Part shown: piece after piece, positions 1 to 10,396 of the stretch
Layout of the letters: every line of letters starts with the position of its first letter
Numbering within the stretch: position 1 is the stretch's first letter
NCBI GenBank assembly: GCA_030699385.1
Contig: JAUYMY010000008.1
Span: 923-64,922 of the forward strand
Direction: 5' to 3'
DNA length: 64,000 bases
Source: Methylobacter sp.
Lineage (GTDB): Bacteria > Pseudomonadota > Gammaproteobacteria > Methylococcales > Methylomonadaceae
Made by a program: the position numbers and the translations under genes
The notes under the pieces: model-generated
The model's input: only the letters and a program-made list of their open reading frames with translations
Told to the model about the DNA's origin: nothing
Database searches by the model: none

Positions 1-53
1 AGTAAAATCAGCGATGCGATGATAATAGGACGAAAAAAACGGCTAGGTAACAT
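1..53 (-). CDS. 5' end of a gene running off the window, with a signal-peptide-like N-terminus (MLPSRFFRPIIIASLIL...); possibly a molybdate-binding or other exported protein
   Basis: ATG at 53 preceded by a GGAGA RBS on the minus strand; basic then hydrophobic N-terminus; downstream of the ModE-box operon. Confidence 0.45.
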   Translation of the reverse strand, partial: MLPSRFFRPIIIASLIL

Positions 54-147
54 AGTATTCTCCAATGGTTAAAAATGTGTTGCAGGTTAAAGGCGCGGGA
101 CGGTACAGCGTAGTAAAAAATCGTATGCGAAAGCCGGAAACACCGGA

Positions 148-933
148 CTATCCATGCCACCAAACCTTAATTGCCGAGATCAGCAGTATCAGCGCCAATA
201 ACGGCAGTAATACGTCTGCCGGAACCATTCCGAGCAACTGCCCGCCCAAGAAAGCGCCAAACAGCGACCCTGCGGCCATCATCAACAGAAAGTCGCGGTT
301 CCGGCCCAGCACCGCGAAACTCCGGTCGGTGCTGTAGCGGGTGAAGCCGGTCAGCATGGTGGGCAAGCTGATCGCTAACGACAAGCTCCCGGCAAGCTTG
401 ATGTCGGCGCCGAATAGCAATACCAGCGTGGGAATCAGCAGCTCTCCGCCCGCCACGCCCAACAACGAGGCGACCACGCCGATGCCAAAACCCGCAACGA
501 TACCGGCAGCAACCTGGACCGTTCCGGAAAGCGGCGGCAAACTTGCGTTTGCCGGGTTATGGCCGAATACCAGCAACAAAGCTATTGCCGCCAATAACAC
601 GGCGATGATTTTGTAAAAGCTTTCGGTTTTCAGCTTTATCGCCCAGCCGGCCCCGAACCACGCGCCTAACAGGCTTCCTGCCAGCAGGTTCAGGATTATG
701 CTCCAATGCGCCGCCAGCTCATGGAGCGGAACGGTTCCCATCCTGAACGGCAGCGCCGAGGCCACGACAATAAGACTTATCGCCTTATTGACAATCACGG
801 CTTCCAGGGCGGCGAAACCGAACGGCCCGATCAATAAGGGCAGGCGGAATTCCGCGCCGCCCAGGCCGATCAGGCCGCCCAATGTGCCGATGATGGCTCC
901 GCTGCCGAATACGCTCAGCTTATCTGTTTTCAT
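148..933 (-). CDS. Sulfite exporter TauE/SafE (TSUP) family membrane protein
   Basis: 261 aa, hydrophobic, duplicated GLIGLGGAE / SLLGVAGGE motifs typical of TSUP. Confidence 0.85.
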   Translation of the reverse strand: MKTDKLSVFGSGAIIGTLGGLIGLGGAEFRLPLLIGPFGFAALEAVIVNKAISLIVVASALPFRMGTVPLHELAAHWSIILNLLAGSLLGAWFGAGWAIKLKTESFYKIIAVLLAAIALLLVFGHNPANASLPPLSGTVQVAAGIVAGFGIGVVASLLGVAGGELLIPTLVLLFGADIKLAGSLSLAISLPTMLTGFTRYSTDRSFAVLGRNRDFLLMMAAGSLFGAFLGGQLLGMVPADVLLPLLALILLISAIKVWWHG

Positions 934-947
934 CGCTCATCAATCCG

Positions 948-2447
948 TCAAAAGCGCAACATGCTTTGCACATAGAAATAATTGACGTCTTCCTTATCCG
1001 GCGCATTGGCGGCTTCCTTGGCGAAAGTGCCTTTGAACAGATGGGCATAGCCGGTCTCGAAATTCAGGCTGCTGTTGACATCCCAGCGCGCGGTCAGTTC
1101 GAGTTGCTGGCCGATGTAATTACCGGTTCGCCCCGTGGCGTCGCGTAGATTGGCCGTGGTCCAACTATCCTTGTCTTCCGCCAGCCAGTAGAGCCGGTGA
1201 GCGAGGCCGAGTTGCACATCGCTTCGCGGCGCGGCGGTAACCCGTACCCCTGGCGTATTGATATTGCTGCGGGCAAAGGCGCCGTAAATGCCGGTCGGGC
1301 CGAACTCGAAGCGGCGCGCGCCATACAAGGTATCGAAACGCTGATCTTTTTTATCATTGGGATCATGATCGCCGCTGGCGTAATCGTATTCCAGCGCCAA
1401 ACGCGGCGACCAGGGAATAGCAAAGGTGTAGCCGAGATCCAGGTGCTGATACCAGGCGGAATGGTCTAAATCCGTACCATTGTTGGCGGCGGTCGATGAA
1501 CGCACTGTGCCGAATTGGCCGATGGTTTCGCTTTGAAAATCGAATGCGCCCTTGGCCGGTTTCATGTAAAAGCGCATGCCGGGCGTAAAATAGCGACGGT
1601 TGGCGGTCTGGCTGCGTTTACGGTCGCCTTCGTCCAAATGGTACAAATACAGTTCGGCGTTAATGCCCCAGGCGATGTTGTATTTTTCCAAAAAACCGCC
1701 GGAAAACCAGGTTTGGTATTCGGGTTCGTCGAAGCTGTGAAAGCCATCGAGCAGTTGCGCCGAATTATTCGGATAACGGCCGACCGGCTTGGTCACAAAA
1801 GCATTGAATTGCCAGTTGTTATAATCGAGCAAACGCAGCCGCACGCCGTCGAAACTATTGATGGTGTTGCGCATCGCGTTTCTGGCAATCAAGCGGCGGC
1901 TACCGAAATTGAGCGTTTGCCGGCCGACGATAACTTCCGCGCCCAGACCGCTGTAGGCTACGTTCTGATCGGCCCAGGCCAGATAGCCTTGAATAAAGTC
2001 AGCCTCGTCGACATGGGTGTTGTTGATGCCGGAACCGCTATCGGCGCCGAACTGCCGGGCATCCAAAAACTCGACTCCGGCGCGAAAATGATTGTAGCGA
2101 GCCTCCAGAAATACATCGAGCTGCAACGGAATTTGTTGATCGCCGCCTTTACCGCCCGCTTTGAAACTGCCGTCCATCGTTTCGTATCTGGTGCGCTGTT
2201 CCACCGACAGCGATAGCCATTTCGGTAAGTTCAGCGCGTCGTGCAGATTCCAGACCGGTTTTTCGTATGTGTCCGAACCCAGCAAAGCATCGGGTATCTG
2301 GCTGGAAAAGACAGAAAACGGTGGTCTGGTGTAAGTTTTCTTTTCTGCTGCCTGAATAGCGTTGCCGGCGCCCATGCAAAAACTGCCGGAGATAATTAAA
2401 CCGAGTGTATGATTCACAGCTACGCCGTTAAAAGTTTTTCTCATCAT
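948..2447 (-). CDS. Alginate-export (AlgE-like) family outer-membrane beta-barrel porin
   Basis: GRQTLNFGSRRLI, FDGVR, YDYASGD and FDTLYG motifs; C-terminal Phe; start probably ATG 2447 or 2444 rather than 2558. Confidence 0.8.
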   Translation of the reverse strand: MMRKTFNGVAVNHTLGLIISGSFCMGAGNAIQAAEKKTYTRPPFSVFSSQIPDALLGSDTYEKPVWNLHDALNLPKWLSLSVEQRTRYETMDGSFKAGGKGGDQQIPLQLDVFLEARYNHFRAGVEFLDARQFGADSGSGINNTHVDEADFIQGYLAWADQNVAYSGLGAEVIVGRQTLNFGSRRLIARNAMRNTINSFDGVRLRLLDYNNWQFNAFVTKPVGRYPNNSAQLLDGFHSFDEPEYQTWFSGGFLEKYNIAWGINAELYLYHLDEGDRKRSQTANRRYFTPGMRFYMKPAKGAFDFQSETIGQFGTVRSSTAANNGTDLDHSAWYQHLDLGYTFAIPWSPRLALEYDYASGDHDPNDKKDQRFDTLYGARRFEFGPTGIYGAFARSNINTPGVRVTAAPRSDVQLGLAHRLYWLAEDKDSWTTANLRDATGRTGNYIGQQLELTARWDVNSSLNFETGYAHLFKGTFAKEAANAPDKEDVNYFYVQSMLRF

Positions 2448-2563
2448 CAATGACCTATAATTATAATATTCGCATCCACATAATGTTCGCATCCACGACT
2501 GATTAGTCGATGCATGGAGAGTCTTATTCGGGAAGATTAAAATAAGACACAGTTTCACCTAAC

Positions 2564-2590
2564 ATCGCTATGTATTTAAGTATATAACGA
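2564..2590. promoter_or_regulatory. ModE binding box
   Basis: ATCGCTATGTA-TTTAAG-TATATAACGA matches the ModE consensus ATCGNTATATA-N6-TATATAACGAT; lies between the porin gene and the divergent modE. Confidence 0.85.
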
Positions 2591-2810
2591 GCCAATGAAG
2601 ACATCCTAAGCATTTGATGTGCCAATTATTGGCATAACGGTTATATCATTGAATTACATTGATTATTGTTCTGCGTTAAAGAGCAATCAATGTCGTATTT
2701 CAAATACTTCGGTCTATTTTGTAGGCTTCATGACAGTGCGGTTATTCAACTTGTCTTCACATCATTAGGGAAATAATGTTTAACTCAATTTTTGCGCAGC
2801 ACAATCATTT

Positions 2811-3620
2811 ATGACAGCTAGCTTAAACTACAACACTATTCCAACAGCCTGGGTCGATGGCGAATTACGCTTGGCCGGTTTGGATAAGCGCATGATCGGC
2901 TTGCTGCGGGCGATAGGCCAAAGCGGCTCGCTCAGCAAGGCCGCCAGGGAGGTGGGTTTGAGTTACAAAGGCGCCTGGCAAATCATTGAGCGGGCCAACA
3001 ACGGCTCGCCGAAAACATTGGTCAGTACCGCCACCGGCGGCAGCAAAGGCGGCGGCACCTGTTTGACCGAAGCGGGATGCGCTTTGCTGGTGCTGTTTAC
3101 CCGCCTGGAACAACAGCATCGGCAGTTTCTTGATCAGCTCAACCGCAATATCGCCGACGACCCGGATACCGTATTGCTGTTGCAGCGGCTGGTGGTCAAG
3201 ACCAGCGCCCGCAACCAGCTGTTCGGCAGTATCGCCGCGATTCAGGCCGGTGCGGTGAATGCCGAAATTATCGTGCAGTTAAAAGGTGGCGACCCGATTA
3301 TCACTACTCTCAGCCAGGCGGCAATCAGCGATCTTGGCTTAAAAGTGGGCGCTGATGCGCTTTTGCTGATCAACAGCGCCGACATCACGCTGACAAGCGA
3401 TGCCGACCCCAGCCGCTACACGGCACGCAACCGTTTGCCCGGCAAGGTGCTTCGCGTCCAGCAAGATGAGGTGAATGCCGAGGTGATTGTGCTGCTGCCC
3501 GGCGGCGAAACGCTGATTGCGATGGTTACGCCGCAAAGCGCACAAAGCCTGACGCTTATGCCCAATATGCCGGTAGCGGTGCTGTTTAAAAGCAACGCGC
3601 CGATTCTGGGCGTCATATAA
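2811..3620 (+). CDS. modE: Molybdate-responsive transcriptional regulator ModE (wHTH plus two TOBE/Mop domains)
   Basis: GSLSKAAREVGLSYKGAW HTH, GGSKGGG wing, two TSARNQL / TARNRL Mop repeats. Confidence 0.93.
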   Translation: MTASLNYNTIPTAWVDGELRLAGLDKRMIGLLRAIGQSGSLSKAAREVGLSYKGAWQIIERANNGSPKTLVSTATGGSKGGGTCLTEAGCALLVLFTRLEQQHRQFLDQLNRNIADDPDTVLLLQRLVVKTSARNQLFGSIAAIQAGAVNAEIIVQLKGGDPIITTLSQAAISDLGLKVGADALLLINSADITLTSDADPSRYTARNRLPGKVLRVQQDEVNAEVIVLLPGGETLIAMVTPQSAQSLTLMPNMPVAVLFKSNAPILGVI

Positions 3621-3674
3621 AGCAACGCGAACAATCACGCAGCACTGATCGCTATACTTAAAGTGGCCGAGATA

Positions 3675-3709
3675 CAGGCCTTCCAGGTTTTAAAAACCTG
3701 GAAGGCCTG
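3675..3709. repeat. REP-like palindrome
   Basis: caggccttccaggtttt-a-aaaacctggaaggcctg inverted repeat in an intergenic region. Confidence 0.7.
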
Positions 3710-3831
3710 ACTTGCACTACGTTGCACAAGCGCGGCACGGCGTGTGGCAACACGGGATATTTTTTAACCTGCAACTAATGACAAGTTACCCGCATTGCAT
3801 CAAAAGCCCGTTCTCCTGTATCCTGCGCCGC

Positions 3832-4299
3832 ATGCAAATAAATCTGATTTCAGTGGGAAACCGTATGCCGGGCTGGGTGCAGCAGGGCTACGATGAATAT
3901 GCCAAACGTCTACCCCGTGAATGCGAGTTAGTGCTTAAAGAAATTGCGCCGGGCAAGCGCGGCAAAAACAGCGATGTCGCCCGTATCGTCAAAGAAGAAG
4001 GTGAGCGCATGATCGCGGCCATTCCGCAAGGCACGCATATTGTCGCTTTAGACATTCCCGGCAAGCCCTGGACCACGCCTGAATTGGCGCAAGCCCTGCA
4101 ACGCTGGCTGGAAGGCGGTCAGCATGTGTCGCTGTTAATCGGTGGGCCGGAAGGCTTGGCCGATTCTGCCAAACTGCTGGCGCGGGAATCGTGGAGTTTG
4201 TCTCCACTGACTTTTCCTCATCCGCTGGTGCGTATCGTGGTTGCCGAGCAGCTGTACCGCGCCTGGAGCATTCTTCACAACCATCCGTACCACCGCTAA
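3832..4299 (+). CDS. rlmH: 23S rRNA pseudouridine-1915 N3-methyltransferase
   Basis: MQINLISVG start, IGGPEGL and [20 protein letters not shown] motifs. Confidence 0.95.
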   Translation: MQINLISVGNRMPGWVQQGYDEYAKRLPRECELVLKEIAPGKRGKNSDVARIVKEEGERMIAAIPQGTHIVALDIPGKPWTTPELAQALQRWLEGGQHVSLLIGGPEGLADSAKLLARESWSLSPLTFPHPLVRIVVAEQLYRAWSILHNHPYHR

Positions 4300-4874
4300 T
4301 GACTGCACAGATTATTCTCGCCTCAGCCTCGCCCCGGCGCAGGGAATTGCTCGACCAAATCCACATTACTTATCGCGTTTATCCGCTTGATATTGACGAG
4401 ACGCCGTTGCCCGATGAAACGCCGCTGGCTTATGTACAGCGCCTGGCCGCCGAAAAATCGGCGGCAGCGGTGGCGCAACTGGGCGACAGCTTGCCGGTGC
4501 TGGCCGCCGACACCGCCGTGGTGCTGGATGATGTGATTATGGGCAAGCCCAAAGACCGGGACGATGCGCTTGCCATGTTAAGACAGTTATCCGGTAAAAT
4601 GCACCGGGTTTACAGCGCCGTTTCACTCAGAGGACAGGAACACGGCGAGGCGGTCAGCATCACCGAAGTGACTTTCAGGCCGCTGACGGAAAACGAAATC
4701 GCGGCCTACTGGCACAGCGGCGAACCGGCCGATAAAGCCGGCAGTTACGCAATTCAGGGTTTAGGCGGCGTTTTTGTGGCAGCGATTAACGGCAGTTTTT
4801 CCGGTGTGGTCGGTTTGCCGCTGTTTGAAACCGCAGAACTTTTATCCAGACAAGGCATAGGGACTTATCGATGA
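4299..4874 (+). CDS. maf: Maf/YhdE nucleoside triphosphate pyrophosphatase
   Basis: ILASASPRRRELL, ADTAV, DKAGSYAIQG; ATG overlaps the rlmH stop. Confidence 0.93.
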   Translation: MTAQIILASASPRRRELLDQIHITYRVYPLDIDETPLPDETPLAYVQRLAAEKSAAAVAQLGDSLPVLAADTAVVLDDVIMGKPKDRDDALAMLRQLSGKMHRVYSAVSLRGQEHGEAVSITEVTFRPLTENEIAAYWHSGEPADKAGSYAIQGLGGVFVAAINGSFSGVVGLPLFETAELLSRQGIGTYR

Positions 4875-6325
4875 GCGAAGAAATTTTAATCAACGTGACC
4901 CCGCCGGAAACGCGCGTCGCGGTCATTGAAAACGGCGTCTTGCAGGAATTGATCATCGAACGCACCCGGCAACGCGGCCTGGTCGGCAACATTTATAAAG
5001 GCGAAGTGTGCCGCGTTTTGCCCGGTATGCAGGCGGCTTTTGTCGAGATTGGCTTGCAACGGGCGGCATTTTTGCATTTGTCCGATTTGTGCGCCAAGGA
5101 TCTGGAGAAAAAAGGCTCGGAAAATATCGAGCATTATCTGCATGAAGGCCAGCATATCATTGTGCAGGTGGTCAAAGACCCGTTGGGCAGCAAAGGCGCG
5201 CGCCTGACCACGGAAATATCGATACCGTCGCGCTATCAGGTCTATATGCCTTACGCGCACAATTCCGGCGTGTCCCAGCGTATTGAATGCGAAGCCGAGC
5301 GCGTTAGACTAAGAGCCTGTCTTGATGGCTTTAGACGGGAACATCAATGCGGCGGCTTTATCGCCAGAACGGCGGCGGAATGTGTCGATGAAACGGTATT
5401 GATTGCCGACATGCTATTTTTGCTGAAATTGTGGGAATCGATTGCCGCTAAAATCGCCGATGCTAAACCTAAGCAATTTATCCATAAGGATCTGCCGTTG
5501 AGTATCCGAACCTTGCGGGATTTGTACCGCGAAGGGATTGAGCGGGTGCGGGTGGATTCGCGGGAAACCTATTATCGGCTGATCGAATTTGCCGAGATTT
5601 TTGCCCCGGAAATCGTGCCGGTAATCGAGCATTACACCGGCGAATGTCCGGTATTCGACATTTACAGCGTCGAAGATGAAATACAAAAGGCACTGGAGCG
5701 TAAAGTCAGCCTGAAATCGGGCGGCCATCTGGTGTTCGACCAGACCGAATCGATGACCACGGTTGATGTCAATACCGGGGGCTATGTCGGCGGGCGCAAC
5801 CTCGAAGAAACCATTTTCAAAACCAACCTGGAAGCGGCGCAGACCATTTCCCGGCAGTTGCGGCTGCGGAATCTTGGCGGCATCATTATTATCGATTTTA
5901 TCGATATGCAAAGCGAAGACCACAAAAAACAGGTGTTGCAGGCGTTCGAGCGGCATTTGGAAAAAGACCACGCGAAAACCAATATCACCGAGGTTTCGGT
6001 GCTGGGTCTGGTGGAAATGACTAGGAAAAGGACGCGGGAAAGTCTGGAGCATATTCTGTGCGAACCGTGCAGCGCCTGCGGCGGCCGTGGCGTATTGAAA
6101 ACGCCGGAATCGATGTGCCTGGAAATATTCCGGGAAATTATCCGCGAAGTCCGGCAGTACAAGGTTCAGAAAATCTTGGTGCTGGCGTCTAATGAAGTAG
6201 TGGAAATGCTGCTCGATGAGGAAGCCGACATGCTGGCCGAGCTGGAAGTCTTTTTAAGCGTGCGCATCAAGTTCAGGGCTGAATCTGAGTATAATCAGGA
6301 GCAATATGACGTGGTGTTGCTTTGA
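4871..6325 (+). CDS. rng: Ribonuclease G
   Basis: GNIYKG S1 domain, DVNTG, LRNLGGIIIIDFIDM; 484 aa; follows maf. Confidence 0.95.
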   Translation: MSEEILINVTPPETRVAVIENGVLQELIIERTRQRGLVGNIYKGEVCRVLPGMQAAFVEIGLQRAAFLHLSDLCAKDLEKKGSENIEHYLHEGQHIIVQVVKDPLGSKGARLTTEISIPSRYQVYMPYAHNSGVSQRIECEAERVRLRACLDGFRREHQCGGFIARTAAECVDETVLIADMLFLLKLWESIAAKIADAKPKQFIHKDLPLSIRTLRDLYREGIERVRVDSRETYYRLIEFAEIFAPEIVPVIEHYTGECPVFDIYSVEDEIQKALERKVSLKSGGHLVFDQTESMTTVDVNTGGYVGGRNLEETIFKTNLEAAQTISRQLRLRNLGGIIIIDFIDMQSEDHKKQVLQAFERHLEKDHAKTNITEVSVLGLVEMTRKRTRESLEHILCEPCSACGGRGVLKTPESMCLEIFREIIREVRQYKVQKILVLASNEVVEMLLDEEADMLAELEVFLSVRIKFRAESEYNQEQYDVVLL

Positions 6326-6346
6326 TGGCGTTGTAGATCTAAATAA

Positions 6347-6395
6347 TTTTCCACGAAGGACGCGAAGAATGAAGATTCTTGCCCTTCGTGGAAAA
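6347..6395. repeat. Palindromic intergenic repeat of the 'ccacgaag' family
   Basis: ttttccacgaagg...ccttcgtggaaaa inverted repeat. Confidence 0.6.
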
Positions 6396-6478
6396 CATAA
6401 AATACAAATTTCCCGTGCCGCGCATTGCGGCGGAACGGGAATCCTTAAATCCTAACCCTCCTCCTTCCGTCTGATTTA

Positions 6479-9400
6479 GTGATCCATCATATTACGCGGG
6501 CAACGCGGCATCTTATTTTCTGGTCTTTAATCGCCACCGCTGTCGGTTTGACGGGCCTGCGCCTGTTATTACTGGGCATTGACTACTACAAGTCCGATTT
6601 GGCCGGCCATATCAGTGAGCTTATCGGTACGCCGGTGACTATCGGCCATTTGGGCGCCAATATGCGCGGTTTTAATCCGCAATTGAAGCTGACCGACATT
6701 GCCATCGCCTCGGTTGCGGCGGCGAAAAACCAAAGCCCCGCGATACAGTTTAATGAAATACGCTTAGGCATTGATGTATCCAAGCTGCTGAGCAGCCGGG
6801 ATTTACTGGCCTCATCCTGGGTTACCTTGGTCGGCGCCAAGCTGTCGATTAAACGGCAACAAGACGGCAGTATCGCCATTGTTGGTTTAAAAGCCGGTGA
6901 CGGGCAGCCGGAATGGCTGTTGCAGGGCGGCAAATACGAGGTGTTGCACAGCAATATCACTTGGATCGATGAAACCGGCCATGGCAAGCCGCTGCTGTTC
7001 GATGGCGCGGCGCTGGCCATCATCAATGACGGCGCACTGCACCGGCTTAATCTGCTGGTCAAGCTACCGAAAAAAGTCGGCGACACCTTAACCGCCTCGA
7101 TGGAAGTGAACGGCAATATTTTTAAGCCGGCCAGCACTCAGGGCCGTGTTTATATCAACGGAAAAGCGGTTTTTTTAGCTGAACTGGCGGCATTTGCGCA
7201 AAATTCGGCTGAACCGCGCATACAACTCAATTCCGGCAACGGCGACTTTGAAGTCTGGGCCGATTGGCAGCCGGCGCAACTGACCTCAATCGATGTGGCG
7301 GCACAGCTACAGAAAATAACACTGACCCGGCCAGACAAACAGACCTTGTCCATCAACGCCTTAAACACCCGCTTGCACGGTGCTATCAATGATGCCGGCA
7401 AGCAATGGCGATTTGATGTCAACGAGTTTGCGCTGGAAACCGGAAAAAAATGGCCGGCCGCTGTGTTTAGCGTGTCCGGTCGGCACAAAGATGATAATGC
7501 ACTGACCCAACTCGGGCTGTTTGTGCAGCAACTCGATGTGCAGGAAGCGGCGGAACTGGCGCAGTTTTTTGCGCCGCTGACGGATGAACAGTCCAAGCTG
7601 TTGGCGCAAGCCCATTTAAAAGGCACCTTGACGCAGTTATCCGGCTTTGCCGATTTGGAGACGTCGGCACTGGCGTTAAACGGCCAGTTTAGCGGTTTCA
7701 GCGTCTCACCTGTGCTGTCGGCGCCCGGCATAGATAAGCTAAACGGCCAAATCAGGGGCGACGAAAAACAAGGCACAATCACGCTGACGGCTCACGATGC
7801 CAAACTGACAGCACCGGGGCTGTTCCGGGAAACATTGCCGGTTAATCATCTGCAGGGCACGCTCGGTTGGCAACAGACTGATGACAGCTGGTCGCTATCG
7901 AGCAACAAGGTTGAGCTCGATTCTTCAAGCTTCCACACTGAAAGCCGCTTCCATATCGACATTCCGAAAGCCGATGAGCCGGTTTTTATGGATTGGCAAA
8001 GCGCTTTTACCGGCGCCGATGTGCGCGAGGTGCGCCAGTATTTGCCGGCGCGCATCATGGATGAAGACGTGCTTGCTTGGCTCGATAATGCCTTTATCAG
8101 CGGACGCATGACGAACGGCGGTTTGCTGATTTACGGCAAGCTGAGCGATTTTCCGTTTGAGAATGCACCGGGCGTTTTTGAGGCTCTCTTTACCGGCGAA
8201 CAGTTTGAATTGTCCTACGATCCCGAATGGCCGCATCTGGTCGGCATGAATGCCGAGGTGCAGTTTTTACAAGGTGGGCTTAAGGTCGATATTCTGCAAG
8301 CGCAATCCGCAAGCCAGTCGGGAACCGGCGCGGCGATCGCCAAGGATGGTGTGAATGCCGCAAGCCAGTCGGGAACTGGCGCGGCGAAAGTCATCATTAA
8401 ACAAGCCGAAGTGACCATTCCATCGCTGGACAAAAGCCGGCAGTTGCTGGTTAAAGGCGAAGCCGAAGCGAGTATTGCTGACGCCTTAAGCTTTATGCAG
8501 CAAACGCCGCTACATGCGTCGGTGGATTCATTGCTCGAAGCCATTACCCCGCAAGGCAATACCCGGGTCACACTGGATCTTAAAATTCCGTTGGTTAACG
8601 GCGCACCGACTAAGGTCGATGGCGCGGCGCACATGAAAGAGGCGCGCTTGATGGTGAAATCGCTGGCGCTGCCGGTCAGTAAAATTACCGGCGCGCTCAA
8701 GTTCAATGAACAGGGCGTTTATAGCGACGCTATTCAGGCAATGGCGCTGGGTCATCCCCTGCAAGCCACTATCGCCAATACCAAAAATGAGGTCAGCATC
8801 AAGGTTGATGGACGTGCCGGGGTGAGTGATTTACATGAGCAATTTGACCTGCCCTGGTGGCACATGGCTACGGGCGAAACCGATTATCAGTTGCAGTTGG
8901 CCTTGCCTTATGACGACGCTGCGCCTGTGTTAAAGGTGGATTCGATGCTGTCCGGCATGTCGCTCAATTTACCGGGGGCGCTGGCGAAAACACGGGAACA
9001 AAAAAAGCCTTTGTCGCTACACTTTAGCCTAAGCGATAAGCCTTTATTGCCGCTGCTGTTAAATTACGACAACAAACTCAAAGCGGCGCTGCAACTGGAT
9101 ACCCGGAATAAGACCGTGCATTCAGGCCACATAGTGGTCGGAGCAGGAGACGCTGTGCTGCCCGAGGAAGCCGGCTTAAAACTGGAAATCAACCAAGAAC
9201 GCTTGGCGTTACACGACTGGCTTATCTTACCGGCCGCCGAAAACGCAGTCGATATCGTCAAGGAAGTCAAGATACATAGCGCTCATGCGCTGTGGAAAAA
9301 AGCCGATTTGGGCGCTTTCGATCTGCTGTTAAATCGTAATGGCGATTATTGGCTTGGGACAATAGACAGCTCAATCGCCAAAGGCAGCCTGCAACTGCCG

Positions 9401-10393
9401 GCCGGTAGCAAAACCACGGACACCATCAAGCTGAATATGACATTGCTTGATCTTTCGGCATTAAAGCAAGCGAGCGCGAAAGATGCGTCGCCGCTGCCGG
9501 GTCTATCGCCAAAACTGGCGCCATTATTAACACTGACCAGCGATACCACTCTGTGGCAATCGGTTGATTTGGGGCGGCTGTCGTTGGTAACCGAGCGCAG
9601 TCCAGACGGCATGGTTTTTAAACAGGCCGAATTGATTAGCGAACAGCAAAAAATAACGCTGACCGGCGACTGGACGCTCATCGGCGGGCAATCGACAACG
9701 CATGTTCAGGGCAATCTGGCCGTGCCGCAGGCCGGGCAACTGCTGGCGAAATTAGGTCTTAGTAAAGATTTGACCGAAACCAGTGCCGTCGTTGATTTCG
9801 CTATCGACTGGAAGGGCGCGCCTTATCAATTCTCGCTGACGGGGATGAAGGGCCATCTGAACATGAACCTCCAAGGCGGTCGTATTTTAAGCATAGAACC
9901 GGGCGTTGGCCGGGTGCTGGGTATATTGGCCATGGCCCAGTGGATAAAGCGGGCGCAGTTGGATTTTAGCGATATTTATCAAGAAGGTTTGAGCTTTAAC
10001 AGTATAGAAGGTCATTTTGATTTGGCCGGCGGCATCGCGTCGACGCAAAACTTGGTCATTGATGCGATTCCCGCCAAAATCGCCATCAGCGGCGATACTA
10101 ATTTGGTCAGGCACAGCGTGGATTATATCGTTAATGTAACGCCTAAAAGTGCCGACGCGGTGCCTATTGCTGGTACAATTATGGGCAAAATAGCGGGCCT
10201 GATTGGACGAACTTTGACCGGCAAAGATCAAGAAGGATTTTTCTTTGGCTCGCAGTATTTGGTCAAAGGCCCCTGGGACAATGCAGAAGTTATCCCCATG
10301 CATAAAAATGATGGCTTGCTACAAAAAACCTGGAACGGCATTACCGGCTTTCCCTGGCTAGAACAACAAAAAGAAGAAAATACAGAGAGATAG
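6479..10393 (+). CDS. yhdP: YhdP family (AsmA-like) phospholipid transport protein
   Basis: 1304 aa, N-terminal TM, beta-rich, GKLSDFPF and C-terminal AsmA_2-like region; rng-yhdP-nit-tldD synteny. Confidence 0.9.
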   Translation: MIHHITRATRHLIFWSLIATAVGLTGLRLLLLGIDYYKSDLAGHISELIGTPVTIGHLGANMRGFNPQLKLTDIAIASVAAAKNQSPAIQFNEIRLGIDVSKLLSSRDLLASSWVTLVGAKLSIKRQQDGSIAIVGLKAGDGQPEWLLQGGKYEVLHSNITWIDETGHGKPLLFDGAALAIINDGALHRLNLLVKLPKKVGDTLTASMEVNGNIFKPASTQGRVYINGKAVFLAELAAFAQNSAEPRIQLNSGNGDFEVWADWQPAQLTSIDVAAQLQKITLTRPDKQTLSINALNTRLHGAINDAGKQWRFDVNEFALETGKKWPAAVFSVSGRHKDDNALTQLGLFVQQLDVQEAAELAQFFAPLTDEQSKLLAQAHLKGTLTQLSGFADLETSALALNGQFSGFSVSPVLSAPGIDKLNGQIRGDEKQGTITLTAHDAKLTAPGLFRETLPVNHLQGTLGWQQTDDSWSLSSNKVELDSSSFHTESRFHIDIPKADEPVFMDWQSAFTGADVREVRQYLPARIMDEDVLAWLDNAFISGRMTNGGLLIYGKLSDFPFENAPGVFEALFTGEQFELSYDPEWPHLVGMNAEVQFLQGGLKVDILQAQSASQSGTGAAIAKDGVNAASQSGTGAAKVIIKQAEVTIPSLDKSRQLLVKGEAEASIADALSFMQQTPLHASVDSLLEAITPQGNTRVTLDLKIPLVNGAPTKVDGAAHMKEARLMVKSLALPVSKITGALKFNEQGVYSDAIQAMALGHPLQATIANTKNEVSIKVDGRAGVSDLHEQFDLPWWHMATGETDYQLQLALPYDDAAPVLKVDSMLSGMSLNLPGALAKTREQKKPLSLHFSLSDKPLLPLLLNYDNKLKAALQLDTRNKTVHSGHIVVGAGDAVLPEEAGLKLEINQERLALHDWLILPAAENAVDIVKEVKIHSAHALWKKADLGAFDLLLNRNGDYWLGTIDSSIAKGSLQLPAGSKTTDTIKLNMTLLDLSALKQASAKDASPLPGLSPKLAPLLTLTSDTTLWQSVDLGRLSLVTERSPDGMVFKQAELISEQQKITLTGDWTLIGGQSTTHVQGNLAVPQAGQLLAKLGLSKDLTETSAVVDFAIDWKGAPYQFSLTGMKGHLNMNLQGGRILSIEPGVGRVLGILAMAQWIKRAQLDFSDIYQEGLSFNSIEGHFDLAGGIASTQNLVIDAIPAKIAISGDTNLVRHSVDYIVNVTPKSADAVPIAGTIMGKIAGLIGRTLTGKDQEGFFFGSQYLVKGPWDNAEVIPMHKNDGLLQKTWNGITGFPWLEQQKEENTER
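8307..8387 (+). repeat. In-frame 30-bp direct repeat (51-bp period) inside yhdP
   Basis: ccgcaagccagtcgggaa(c/t)... copies at 8307-8336 and 8358-8387 differ at one base; encodes ASQSGTGAA twice. Confidence 0.85.
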
Positions 10394-10396
10394 ATC

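Noticed and set aside
1515-2216. Long antisense or alternative-frame ORFs (this one, 5414-6052, 7150-7782, 32242-32811 and similar)
   Set aside because: Shadows of well-supported genes on the opposite strand, with no motifs of their own
948-2447. Alginate biosynthesis locus
   Set aside because: No other alg genes; the context is ModE regulation
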